In this document: piece by piece, positions 51,001-63,345 of the stretch
How the letters are laid out: each line of letters starts with the position of its first letter
How positions within the stretch are numbered: the stretch's first letter is position 1
Program-made: the position numbers and the translations under genes
NCBI RefSeq assembly: GCF_026210795.1
Contig: NC_089434.1
Coordinates: 868,001-932,000 of the forward strand
Origin: Rhizophagus irregularis
Taxonomy: Eukaryota
Direction: 5' to 3'
Length of the DNA: 64,000 nucleotides
Notes under the pieces: model-generated
What the model was told of the DNA's origin: nothing
What the model saw: the letters and a program-made list of their open reading frames with translations, nothing else
Databases searched by the model: none

Positions 51001-51971
51001 AGTCAATTTTTGTTATAGACCCCACTTTGAAAATTGACGAAACCACACAATCGCAAATACGTCGTCATTCTGCATTGATTGAATTTATGGATACTCATTG
51101 CCATGCGCGCGCCTATAGTTTTCAGGTTTTGTGATGACTATAGTAAAATTCATTTAAAATATTTTAAGCAGAATTGCCAAAGATATTATTATCCCCCCTA
51201 ATATACTCCATTGACATTAAGATAAAAAAGTGCAATAATCCTACTTGTCCATATTGTAAACCAATTCGTCTTCCTTCACAAGAATTTCATGATTTGAGTT
51301 TTCTTCCAGATCCGATCCCTTCGCAAGGTATCTATTAATTATTATTTTGTATGTTTAATATCAATTGTTATTTCATAAGTTTAATGTAATTCAACATATA
51401 AACTCCCTTTTAAAAAATAGAGAATACTGACCATTACGCGGCTTTTCAAAGTGTCTATGGAACTGAAACTACCGAAGAATATAGACCAACATATATGCAA
51501 TCACAGGCGAACGCAGAACCTATTCCAAAATCTATTCTAGTTGTAGGGAAAATCCGTGGTTATATTGATTGTGAAGATTGTAAAAAGCGTCGCTGTGTGT
51601 ATAGTGACAAATTCTTGAATAGTGACGAACAACAAGATTTTCAACAAGTACTAGAGTCATATTCATACTCCTGCGGTGCACCAATTTTTCCTGATGATCA
51701 CTACTTGAAAGAAGTAGTGTTTGTACGAACACGTATCAATTGTGACTCACCAATTGAAGTATTGTATTATTCAAGCCGTAAATCAGGAAATTATCCAATT
51801 TGTTACTATTGTGGAGAAAGTGAAGGTTTGGTGGCACCTCCGGAATCTTTGAAACAGCGTTTCAAACAAATTTATCCACTATGTGAGATGTGTATAGAGA
51901 ATAGAAAAGGTTTTCATACTAAAGGAGAGATTAAGACTAACGGACGTGCCTCAAAGCGCCGTAAAACATAG
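48100..51971 (+). CDS. Zator-type DDE transposase, 7 exons, ~1104 aa, apparently intact
   Basis: Exons 48100-49139, 49217-49388, 49455-49688, 49774-50862, 51003-51125, 51222-51327 and 51421-51971 total 3315 nt, in frame. Motifs SADDKHKVPIG, AADHDF, YTDGGPDH, APNHSWTNPAERIMS, C-terminal CxxC clusters and KRRK. Confidence 0.85.
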
Positions 51972-52718
51972 ATTATATTGACAAATAGTGTAATTAGTTT
52001 TAACATACAATTATACAAATAAATAATTTTAAAATACTTTAATTATTTTTATTTATTTTTCGTTTAATACATTTTTAAATTACATCATACATCTAATAAA
52101 ATTGCAGTATAATTATCACGTGAAATTATTATAGTTGTATTATTTTTAGTATCCCCCCCCTCTCACCGTTCTACTTATGTTATGTTAAACGAAGAATCAG
52201 CTTGGAACGGCCTTACGTAATAAAGAACATTTATTTTTGAATTAATATCATTTAATTAAAATTATGTCATACGGGGATACGGGGTTGGGAATTGTTTTTT
52301 AAAGTGCGTATTTAAAGTTTCACTAAACTATATTAAGGTTGTTTTCATAATATTTATGGATCGAAATTTAACCAGGACCGATAAGTCAAGACGTCTATGA
52401 GCATTGAGGGCCGGAATTACATAATGCCAGCTGGAATTAACCGAAAAGGAAATATCGGCATTATTTCATAAAATTCCGAGTCCTTTCCTTTTATGTATAT
52501 TTTGGGTCTTCATTATCCCGGATTTTAATAATTAAATCATGCAACAAAAAAACATTATACAACATCACATTCTTTGTGAACCCTGGCTAAGGTGAATTCA
52601 TTTTAATAATGACAAATTTAAAATTTTATAGCAAAGCAGCAAAGGGTAGACACATATAAATAAGCACCAAGTGTCAAAGTAAAATGAAATTCATCAAAAT
52701 ATTCGTTTGTTTGATAAA

Positions 52719-54903
52719 ATGTCTAAAGACGCTTCATCTCCCACCAAACCCATCAGTGCTCTTGATGATTATGTTTTATTGGGCCCTAGTGGATTAAGAG
52801 TTTCTCCATTATGTCTTGGCGCTTTGGTAATATAAATATTATAAATTTGGCCAAAATTATGACGTTAATTATAGGAAATTCCTTAATTTTTAATTTAATT
52901 TCTTATATTTCTTATGATGATCTGTTTTGATTTAATATATGAAAAGACTTTCGGAGAAACATGGGTAAGTTCATTTGTTAGAAAAAAAAACCGGTTTCGA
53001 TTAACAAAATAATATATAACATAAAAATATAAATAGGGATTAGGTTCTAACTATGAAGAATCGAAAAAAGTTTTTGACCTTTATTATGAAAAAGGTGGAA
53101 ACTTCTTTGGTAAGTAATTTATTTATGTTCGCACGGTCACGATACGTTACAGTTATTCTACGTTTAGAAGATACTTTAATATCATAATGTATATTACTTT
53201 TAGACACCGCTTGCAATTATAACATGGGTGAAGTAAGTATGATCATCTGCGCAATATTAATTTTGAAATTTTTTTTTTTTTTTAGCTGATAAATATTTAA
53301 ATAATAATTAAAAAATCAATTTAGAGTGAACGTTTCCTTGGGGATTATGTTTCCGATAAACGATCCGATGTCGTAATTGCAACAAAATTTTCAGGTGTTG
53401 AACTTTTTCTATTATGTAACATCGTTTAAATTTTTGATTTTAAATAATTTTCTAATTTTTTTTTATTTTATTTTATTTTATAGCTAATGTAACTAATATG
53501 CAAAAGGATAAGAGGTACAATCCGAATTCTGGTAAGTTGGTACTAAACTAATCATTGTTATATTAGTTGATGATCACGATCGAAAATACTTATAAATATA
53601 TATATTAATATCAATATATTTAGGAGGAAATCATCGAAAAAGTCTTGTGGAAAATTTGGATGCAAGTTTAAAAAGATTGAATATGAGTTATGTTGATATC
53701 TTATACGTTCATTTCTATGAATATCGAACTCCAATTGAAGAATTTATGAGATCATTAGATGATGTCATTCGAAGTGGAAAAGTAAGTCTAATTAAAATTT
53801 ACTCAAATTTGATATATATATTTCTAAAATATTATTAAAATAAAACAAATAGGTTTTGTATGCCGCTGTAAGCGATATGCCGGCTTGGGCACTCTCTCGT
53901 TCTAACACTATTGCTGAATTACGTGGATGGAGGTACAAGATTATGCGTGATAATAATAATTTATAAATAAATAAGCTTTTAGGTTAACAAATATCTATTA
54001 ACTGTATTTAGCCCTTTCATTGGACTTCAAACGCGTTATAATTTGTTGGAGCGAACGATGGAAACCGACCTACAACTTGCCTGTGCTGAACATGGTGTAT
54101 GTATTATAAGCGTTTGCCTATACTGATAAAAAGAAACAAATTAAATATTTTTTTTCAAAAAAAAAATAAAATAAAATAACATTTTAGGTTGGAATCATTC
54201 CATGGGGTGTTGTCGCAGAAGGGTAATTAACCATTGATACTCTTTTTTTTCATTTTTTCTTATACATTAAAATATATATTTACAACTTTTTTTTGTTTGT
54301 AACCAGGTTTCTTACCGGAAAATATTCAAAAGAAAATTCAGAAGCAACATCGGAATTTCGTAATAGATTTATCGCAGAACATTCGAAATCTGAAAAAAAT
54401 TGGAAAATCTTGGATGAAGTTAAAGCTATTTCAGAAGAGATCGGAAGAACACCAGTTCAAGTAATAAATTATATATAATATTACAAAATTTACTTTCTTT
54501 ATAAACTGATAATGTTATATATATATTATAATACGTAGGTTACTTTGAATTGGACCATGCAAAAACCTGGTATTACTTCTCCTTTAATTGGTGCTAAAAC
54601 AGTTAATCAGCTCGAAGAAAATCTTAAAGCACTTGAATTTAAGTAAGTGCATACTATTTAAATAAAAAAGAATTTTTTTTTTTGTTTCTTAAAAAAAATT
54701 AATTTATTAAAAATAAATATTTTTTTTTTAGATTGACACCTGAACAAATGAAAAGACTTGATGATGTTTCTGAAGTTGAACATCCATTTCCTTATAAATT
54801 AATTGATTTAATGGATTTAAATCTTGGAAAGAACATTAATATACCAACTAGATTTGAACCTTTTGCGGCTAAATTTGATTACGGAACTCGGCGTAATTTA
54901 TAA
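52719..54903 (+). CDS. Aldo-keto reductase (aryl-alcohol-dehydrogenase-like), 13 exons
   Basis: Spliced: LLGPSGLRVSPLCLGAL|TFGETW|..GGNFF|DTACNY..|SERFLG..VIATKF|..GGNHRKSL..SLKRL..YVDILYVH..|PWG..|SPLIGAKTVNQLEENL. The catalytic D/Y/K/H tetrad is present. Stop TAA at 54901-54903. Confidence 0.93.
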
Positions 54904-56979
54904 TTTTTATTAACAAAAAGATATTTAAAGCTTTAAGGATAATAGTAATAAATTATAGTTAATTTAGTTTAATTATTGTATTGTGATCTCTAATGCATAG
55001 TTATTTATAATAAAATGCATGAATAAAGTTGGTAAAAGGCCAATAAGAATTTATTAGGATTATTATTGTATATTATTTTGTTTGTTAACATGACGAAAAA
55101 CCTGTGAAAAGTGAAATGTTGCCTAACTTTATTTGATATTTGATATATGATCGTACTAACCAATGAACTCGGTTAAAAAATTAGTATACGTAATAAAAAT
55201 TCATTTTATTAAATGTCCATTGCCAAATATAGCCTTTTTAAAGTAAAGATAATACTTTTTTGGTAAGAATATTCATTGTCATTCTTTTTTTAAAAAAAAA
55301 TCTTAGCCATTTAAGAAAAACTAAATTAATTGATATCACTTGTCAAATTATTATACGTTAATAATATTGTTTGTATATTTTTAATTAAATAAATAATTTG
55401 AATACAAAAATATATATAAATTTTTTAAATAATACTTTAAAATCTTTTGATGAAATATGTTTAAAAAAACTATACAATATGTAATAGTTATTTCACGGGG
55501 AGTCATGAAAATTATGATATTTATGCGACACGTGAAATAACTCTTTTATCTCATGGAGACTAACGTCCAGTGATGGGAAAAAGTGGGGAAGGTATAAATA
55601 AACTATAAAAACACGTGAGCATGAAAATATAATCAGAAAACTTACAGGCATGAATATTTACGTCATGAAAAAATTTATAATTTATGTAAATTTTCTATCA
55701 TTAAAATTCATTTTCATAGTATTTATAAATTGTAAAATCATTTTATAGATATCAACGAAAAAAATTGTTTTGGGCTATTTTTTTTCTCAATAAATTATAT
55801 ATTCATATAAAAATTAAAAATATTATTAAAAAAAAAAATTTAACGAACAATTAAAGTTTTTAGACTTTTATACTGACAGATTAAATCAGATTAAATAAAA
55901 TTTGATCCAATTTGTATAAAAAACCAAACCCAACAATAATTTATATAATAAAAATCATTTCTATATTTTAGCTGACATTATATCAAATTCCGATCACGTT
56001 TTTCCTGATTTCCTAATTAGATCTGACCTACGAATCAGAAAATTCTTCTTTTTAAAAAATTAGCGTTAATGGCAATAACATAATAAATTTTATATGATAC
56101 TTTTTTTAAATGATAATTTTTTTTAAAAATAATGGATTTATTTATTTACAGATTCACACGTGACTTCGGATAATGTTACATTCATTGTGTACATCAATCA
56201 TTCAATAATGCTTTCCAAAGATGAAACTTTGTATTGAACTTTCATCTTTTCTTAGAAAAAAGATCGTCAAAATTGAAGTGGCTTATCACAATTACAATCT
56301 ATCTCAGAGGGTGATGGATATTACTTTTATACTACAGGTTTATCCATTAATTTCAGTTGGAGAATTCTCAAATCGCAAAATTAGCAATCCACTAATAACT
56401 TAATATTCAGTTGTTGAGCATGAAAAATGTTTATGTTATTGAAAGACAGTTAATTATAATTTTATATATAATGAGAGTTTTGTGTATAATTCTGATTGTA
56501 TTTTAATCTTTATTGATTTCTAATTGCATTTAAGGCCAAAGGGCTGTTAAAACTTAGTAGAATCATTTAATAAAATCTAAAAACCATTTATGGTTAAAAA
56601 ATGTTTGCTCAGAATTTCAAATCACTGATTATATGGCATTAGAAAATAGAAGAATGATGGCAAAAACATGACAAGATTTAATAATAATATAATGTATTGG
56701 GAATGATAATTAAACTTTATAATTGGAAAAAAAAAAAAATTTTGAATTTTATTGTAATCACCATTTTTTCCGGGAGACGCTAAATTGCAACAGTATCACC
56801 ACAAAAAAATTCCATCCACACGTGATTTTGTGGCGTCTGAATTTTAATTGGCGCAATGTTATTTCACACGTTTATCTTAGGAAAAAAATCAAAAAAATCA
56901 AAAAAAAGTAAACTGATATTACTGATATTTTCCCTTTAACATGCTAATCATTTTATTACTTTTACAATAAATACACTTG

Positions 56980-58528
56980 CCCTATAAGAAATATGTATAC
57001 GGAAAGGATACGTTTTGTATACATTTTATGTACGTTTCTATAGATTCCGTATACAAATTCCGTATATTTAATAAGCAATTCATTTTTGAACATTTTTTAA
57101 AAAAACTAATGTATACGGAAAAAATTAATCATGCGGAATGTATACGGAATTTTTAAACTTAATATTTTTAGAAAATTTTACAAAAATCCCGTATCATTAC
57201 ACGAGATCACGTGATTGTTTATTGATTTGTTATGATACGTTTTTTGTTTTTTTATATAAACCCTTACTTTGATGAGTTAGATCTTCCGATCTTCCTTTCT
57301 GTCTTTCCTTTCCTTTCTCTTATCTCTTGTCTTATTTTTGTTATTTTTTCTAAAATTTTCTTCTTTCTTTATCATCCCCCTTTTAAAAAAAAAATTTTTT
57401 TTCGTACCTCACTTTAAAAAAGTTTTTTTTTCGTCACTCTCCCTTAAAAAAAAAATTTTTGATTTTATTCTTTTATTCCCACTCTTCTTTTTTTAAAAAA
57501 AATTTTCTTATTTCTATTTCTATTTCCTCTTTATAAAAAATTTTTTATTATTCTAACTTTGACGTCCTCCCTTTAAAAAAAAATTTTTTTTAACTTTCCT
57601 AACTTCGTTACCCCTCTTTTTAAAAAAATATTTTTTTGATTTATTCTTTATTCCCTTTTCTTTTTTTATTTATATTTATCCCTTTTTTTATTTCATAGGC
57701 CAGCAGATTTTTTTTTGTGAGAAGATTCAGTTTTCTTTCTTCTTTTTTGTAGATCAGTTTGGGAGTCTTTTCCTTTTTGTAGGATGGTTCAGGATTTTTT
57801 CTTTTTTTAGGTCAGTTCAAATTTTCTTTTTTTTTTTTGTAAGTTGGGTTCAGATTCTTTTCTTTTATAGGTTATTACAGTTTTGTTGCTTCGGAGTCTT
57901 CTTTTTTTATAGGTCAGTTTTGGATTTATTTTGTTGTTTTGGTTTCTTTTCATCAGACACTTCATAATTCTTTTCTTTTATGTAGGTCAGACATTCTGGA
58001 GTTCTCTTTCTTTTTTTGTAGGAATGCTAACCTTTGGTGACTTGGATGATTGCAGATACTATATGAGGGGGGGGTTTTGTTTCCAATTTAGTTAGACGTT
58101 CTTATTGTTTCTTTTTTTTTTTTTTGTTTTTTTAGGTTATTTGATTCCAAATGAACCTGAACTTATAGATAATTTTGGTTGCAATAGGTGGTTTTAATAG
58201 GGAGGGAATTTTCATAATATATTTGTATTTTGTTTATTTTTTATTTTTTATTTAATTTAATAAAGTAAAATTAGATTTATGAAAATACAATTATAGTAAA
58301 CTGTAATACAAATAGTAAATTCAGTGACCAAATCGTATAAATTTCGTGATAAAAACAGTGATCAAATCATGTAAATTCCATATGAATCCCGTGCAAATTC
58401 CATATCCAAACCATATTTTTAGTGATACGGAATTGTGCATTTTTCCGTATCCTATTATGATACGTTATTTCTAAGGAAAAAAATCGTATGAAAACTTTAT
58501 AAAAAACGTATCCAATTTTTTTATAGGG
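56980..58528. mobile_element. Probable non-autonomous DNA element with imperfect CCCTATAA TIRs
   Basis: CCCTATAAGAAA..GGATACGTTTT at the left and AAAACGTATCC..TTATAGGG at the right. Repeated ATACGGA/TCCGTAT subterminal motifs and a T-rich non-coding interior. No TSD established. Confidence 0.5.
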
Positions 58529-59454
58529 TTGAAATAACCCTTTTCACTTTATTAAATTTAATTTTAATAAATAAATAAATATTATTGATATTTAGAGTTA
58601 AGTACACTATTGTAAAAAATGCTAATTACTCCATAAAAATTTAATAAAAATTTATATCTAAGTAATCCCACACCTGCTAACAACTTTACTTAATCTCCAA
58701 TGGCTTGTTTTATTTAACAAAAGTACCAAAATTACGCTGTAAAGTGAAAAAATCAACCGCACACGGTACAGTAATTTCCATACAAAATATTCATACTATT
58801 GCAAATATTCAAGATATTTTGATAAAAATCAATATTTGGGTGGTTCCATACCTGCTAAACAACTTTGTCTAAGCTACCTAAACCCATTACATTTAGCTAA
58901 AGTCCTTACATTACACTACAAAAATAAAAAAAAACAAATGCAACTCAATTTCTTTTTAAAAACGGCAATATTTTCACGAAAATAATGTACATACTTGTTA
59001 AATAACTTTCTTCAATGCTCAAACCTTGTTTCATTTAGCTAAAATATTCAAATTAATATTACAAAATCTATAAAAAAGCGCGTTTGTTGTAAATAAAAAA
59101 TTAACTATAGCTTTATAACAATACTCTACACTCAAGCTTTTTCTAAATACTTAATTTATTTTATTGTTTAAAGGATTTTTAAAAAATGTTTTAACGTGAA
59201 AAAAAGTGGAGAGAAAAAAGGGAGAGAAATAGGTAATGAATAAACAACTGAATACTGATTACGCCATCGCGTCACAAAAGTCACGTGGGGTGGAAAATTT
59301 TGGTCGAGTCACGTGATTTTTAATGCCGGCCAGCTCTACCGATGTTCCGCCAACACTATGATTAACTTCGGATATCCGGACATCCGTAATCGGATATATG
59401 GATAAAATTGTATGTTTTTCAATCTGTGATGGATTGATTATCTACGGTTATCTG

Positions 59455-59700
59455 GGCCATATAAGTTAAATGTGATTTAGCCTTCAAAAAAATAAAACTA
59501 TTTTAAAACCTCACTGTTTAAACCACTTCAATCCAACTTATATTTGCATTTTCAACATTTCTAGTTTTTAAGTATCACATTTTAGCTTCCCATCCTTTTT
59601 ATTTTCTGTTTTTAGAATCATGCTCATAAATCAAATTGCTATATAGTTTACTTTCACATTTTGATTATATGGAATCCATTAAACTATTTTGTATTTACAC
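59455..59700 (-). pseudogene. Fragment of a TKL kinase pseudogene
   Basis: Degenerate match to 41950-42260 (TGTGATTTAGCCT, TTTGCATTTTCAACATTT, TATATGGAATCCAT = WIPY), including an intron remnant. Confidence 0.6.
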
Positions 59701-60762
59701 TTTGTCACGGGATTTACTGACGATCAGAAACTTTACAACACCCTACGCTTACAATGCTGATCATTCATTATCCCAATCATTATCCAAAAATGAGCGTCGG
59801 GTTTGTATTGTCTGATCATCGAGATTTTAACGGCTCCCCGAGCTAAACTAAAATTATAGAAAAAGAAGGTTTGATAAAGCTGCCAGTTGTATTTATTTTA
59901 AAATTTGTGCAATGTTAGCATACTTGTATACAACGTTGTATTGGTAAATAAGTGGTAAATACAGTTGGCAAATTTATTAGTATAGTAAAGTTGTATTGAT
60001 GTATTGTAATAAATACAGCATTTGTTCACAACTTTGCGCCGCCATGACAGACCAATCACTAATTGAAAGTAAGCATATAAGCAATGAAACGTATGGTGAT
60101 TAATGCCACGAAAAATAAATTTATTCATCCCCAGTTTAAACAAATTATGATTTATGGATAACTAGATTTTAGATTTTTAATAGTTATAGTATTTATTTTA
60201 TTTCTTCCAAAAAGTAAATAAAATTTTATTTTATTTTCATGAACTTTATCAAATTATCTCTCTTGAATTGTGAATTTTATTCTTTAAACAATATAATACA
60301 TATACTTGCATATATATTATGATATTCATAAGCGAATTATTTTTAGGAATCATTAGAGTAATACAAAGTTGAAATCATACAAATTTTTTTACGGGAGAGC
60401 ACCCTATCAGTAATATAATTTAGCAAATAAATTTTTATTTTTCTGCGTTTCAAATTATTCGCACTTTAATCTCACTTTTAGAAGCAATTTTGTCACAATC
60501 ATCGATATTATTTTCGTTAAAATAGTTGGTTAATTTATATAGGACATATTAGCATCACGTATAGCATTTGAAAATATATTTAAATATCTTATATATAATA
60601 TCTTCACATGTATACTAATTATAGTTTGCAGTCAGTTCCAGGTTTTGTTTTATCTTTCATATATTGTTAATTAACAGTACCACTTGAGTTTAATTTTTTT
60701 TTCTCGTTCGTAAGTTTCACTTATTATTTTTTTTATCGCTTTAATTTTTTCATCTTTTGTAA

Positions 60763-60917
60763 TAGTGAATCCGTCTATCAGCTACCCGCGGAATATCTTA
60801 ATCCATCGGATATCCTCAGATATTTTCGGATATACGGAACGGATACTAGTAATACGGATAAATGGATTAAACGAATACGGATAGGCGGATGACGGATACC
60901 CGCGGATTGGAACACTA
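60763..60917. mobile_element. 155-bp hAT-like MITE (TAGTG...CACTA)
   Basis: Termini TAGTG-AATCCG / CGGATTGGAACACTA with internal CGGATA repeats. Degenerate 8-bp TSD TTTTGTAA / TTCCGTAA. Confidence 0.65.
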
Positions 60918-61584
60918 TTCCGTAAGAGATTTATCACAAAGATATGTTTGTTTTTGATATTCAAATTGCTTATGTACTGTACAGTCAAAACTCAAAACTC
61001 GATATGATGACTAGTATTGACTGTATTATCTAATAACTATTAAGTGCTGTGAAAACTGCATTTCAATAGCAGACATAATGTATTAATTTTGAACTAAAAA
61101 GTAATGGCCATTTTAGTGTATATAAAGATGAGTGTTACACAACAATAGGTTTCTCTGGTGTATTCGGAAAATGTGCCGGATAACGGATAAATAGAATTTA
61201 TATAATTGCCCGAGATTTTCTGTTTTTTCCGCACACGTGTAAATAACAATTAAAATTTTGGATCTTTTGTAACTATTTTTTGTATTTTTGTTGTGATTTA
61301 ATTGTCCGAAGCTTCAAGTACACTCTCACGTCGCGTGTATGGCCAATGAAATTTTAGAATCAATAAATACTAAAGAAAATAAAGTTTAGGAGTTTATAAA
61401 ATTAATAATTATATTTATGATACAAAATTGTACAAAATATTAATATTTAGCACAAAAGTGATTATTTAGCAGGAGTTGTTTATATTAAATTCAATAGAAT
61501 GTCCATTTGGGATAACAGGATTCATAATATTGGAATTCGAGATATGAGTATTTAGGATAAAATAATTCGGGAGAAAGAATTTGG

Positions 61585-61722
61585 GGAATTGGACGGTTCA
61601 TGTGATTCCCATAAATTAGGATTCGGGAAATAGGTGTTCGGGGAACTGGAGTTCGGGAAATTGGCATTCGGAAAATTGACTTCAGGAAAAGGTATATTCG
61701 AGAAAGAAGGATTTGGGAAATC
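61585..61722 (-). repeat. 15-bp degenerate repeats (FPNxx pentapeptide on the minus strand), probably a terminal exon of a decayed gene
   Basis: FPNPS FSNIP FPEVN FPNAN FPNSS SPNTY FPNPN. An AG acceptor lies near 61755. Confidence 0.55.
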
Positions 61723-63345
61723 GTACTGTAACACGCTGGAGGATTTATGTTATCTAATTATCAATATAAATAGTTTAAATTAATATTTAATTTACTCTCA
61801 TAAATTGTAAAACATTACTCAAATTTTTTTTAAAGTTTCATCCTTAATAGTTAATTATACCATAAAGCGCTTTGTGTTCTTGGATATAGGGAGTAAGAAA
61901 TATACATGCAGGAGTGTTCCAAAGAAGTTTTCTCCTTATTGTAACATTGAATATGAAATTTAAAACCATTGACCATTATATCATACAGATAGCCACGGCT
62001 ATTTATTACAATGAATTATTCGAAAATGGTTAAAAAAAATCCTAAATGATTCTAACAAGAATATTACCTTTATTACGTGCATTGCATATAATTATTTTCA
62101 CGTTCACAGAACGAATCGACAAGTAATATCATGAGCTTTCAACCCTTTTCACGTTTCAAAATAAATTAGAAATCGCTTGGCTTTCTTGATTTCTTTCTTG
62201 GTTTTTTTGATCGCGTTGTAAATCTTTCCAAAACAAGAATAATAAATCTTTATAGCCACACCTGCCACATCTTTATAAATTGTGCATATTACACAAACAA
62301 GATAATGATAGTCATTTCCCAAAAAAGAAAATTAACGCATAAATTTATTTTTAAAGAAAGTATTTTTATATAACTAATTAAGTATAGCCATATTCGGTTA
62401 AGTTAACCTTACACATACTTTTTTTTAAAGTACCCAATTCTTAACAATCACAGATTTAGCAACATTTTATTACCGTATGAAGAAAGTTATTATGGGGTAA
62501 AAACAATATTTTTTTAGTAATGACTAGAGGTCTGCATTTAGTCATATTTTTGAAACCCAGGATTTTATACTATTGTCTTTTTTACATTTTTACTGTTTAA
62601 AGTTATATTATTTTATTATTTTAGTGCTTTAAAGTTCAATTTTAATTTTCCTTTTTTTAATAAAAATGTTAAAAAAAAATTAGTGACATAGATCACATTA
62701 ATTTTGTGATTTTACATAACTTTACACTAAATTTATCATTCAGTATTTAAAATATCAACATTTAATAAGATAAAATTATTAAACATTTGAAAATATATAA
62801 CAACAATTTTAGGAAAAATGATGATGTTTGGATAATAATTTAAATTTCGGCCAGAATTAAATAAATAGTTTGGCCAGAATTAAAGAAAATCTTGGCTTAC
62901 ATTACCCGGCCCGAAAATAGTTTGCCTCGGCCCGAAAAATTTTTGAAAATAGATTGATCGGCCCGGGAATAGATTGATCGGGCCGGATCAAAATTTTGTG
63001 CCTGTACATCTATACCATAATTAGGATCTGTAAATCATACTACATTTGTGCAGTACGATTTTGCACGATGTAAACAATTGGTTTTTAGTAAAGATCTTTT
63101 TTTGACTTAACTTTATCGTTTCATCATTGAATTGTCTCATATTTAGATGTGTCAAATAAAAAAAAAAAATTCTATAAATATGTCATTTTTCTTCTCAAAA
63201 AAATAAAAAATAAAGTAATTTCGTTTTAAAAAATATTTTGTTATAATTACTTTCTACACTTTAAAAAAAATCTAAAAAAAAAAATAATTTTGTTATAATT
63301 ACTTTTCTACACTTTAAAAACTTTTTAAAGAAAAAACTTAAAAAA

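Larger units (their letters stand above)
43081..52212 (+). mobile_element. Zator-type DNA transposon, full length (about 4.4 kb without the nested LINE)
   Basis: TIR GGC(T/C)GTTCCAAG(T/C)TGATTCTTCGTTTAACATAAC (~34 bp, 2 mismatches). TSD TTA at 43078-43080 and 52213-52215. GG termini, a TWA TSD and the transposase motifs fit Zator. Confidence 0.85.

Noticed and set aside
57690..58150. Run of (T)nAG|GT splice-like signals suggesting a micro-exon gene (similar at 31900-32160)
   Set aside because: No coherent reading frame could be assembled. It lies in a probable non-autonomous element.
43150..59320. Frequent CACGTG/CACATG E-box words
   Set aside because: Scattered throughout and often in TE subtermini, with no specific pattern supportable by eye.
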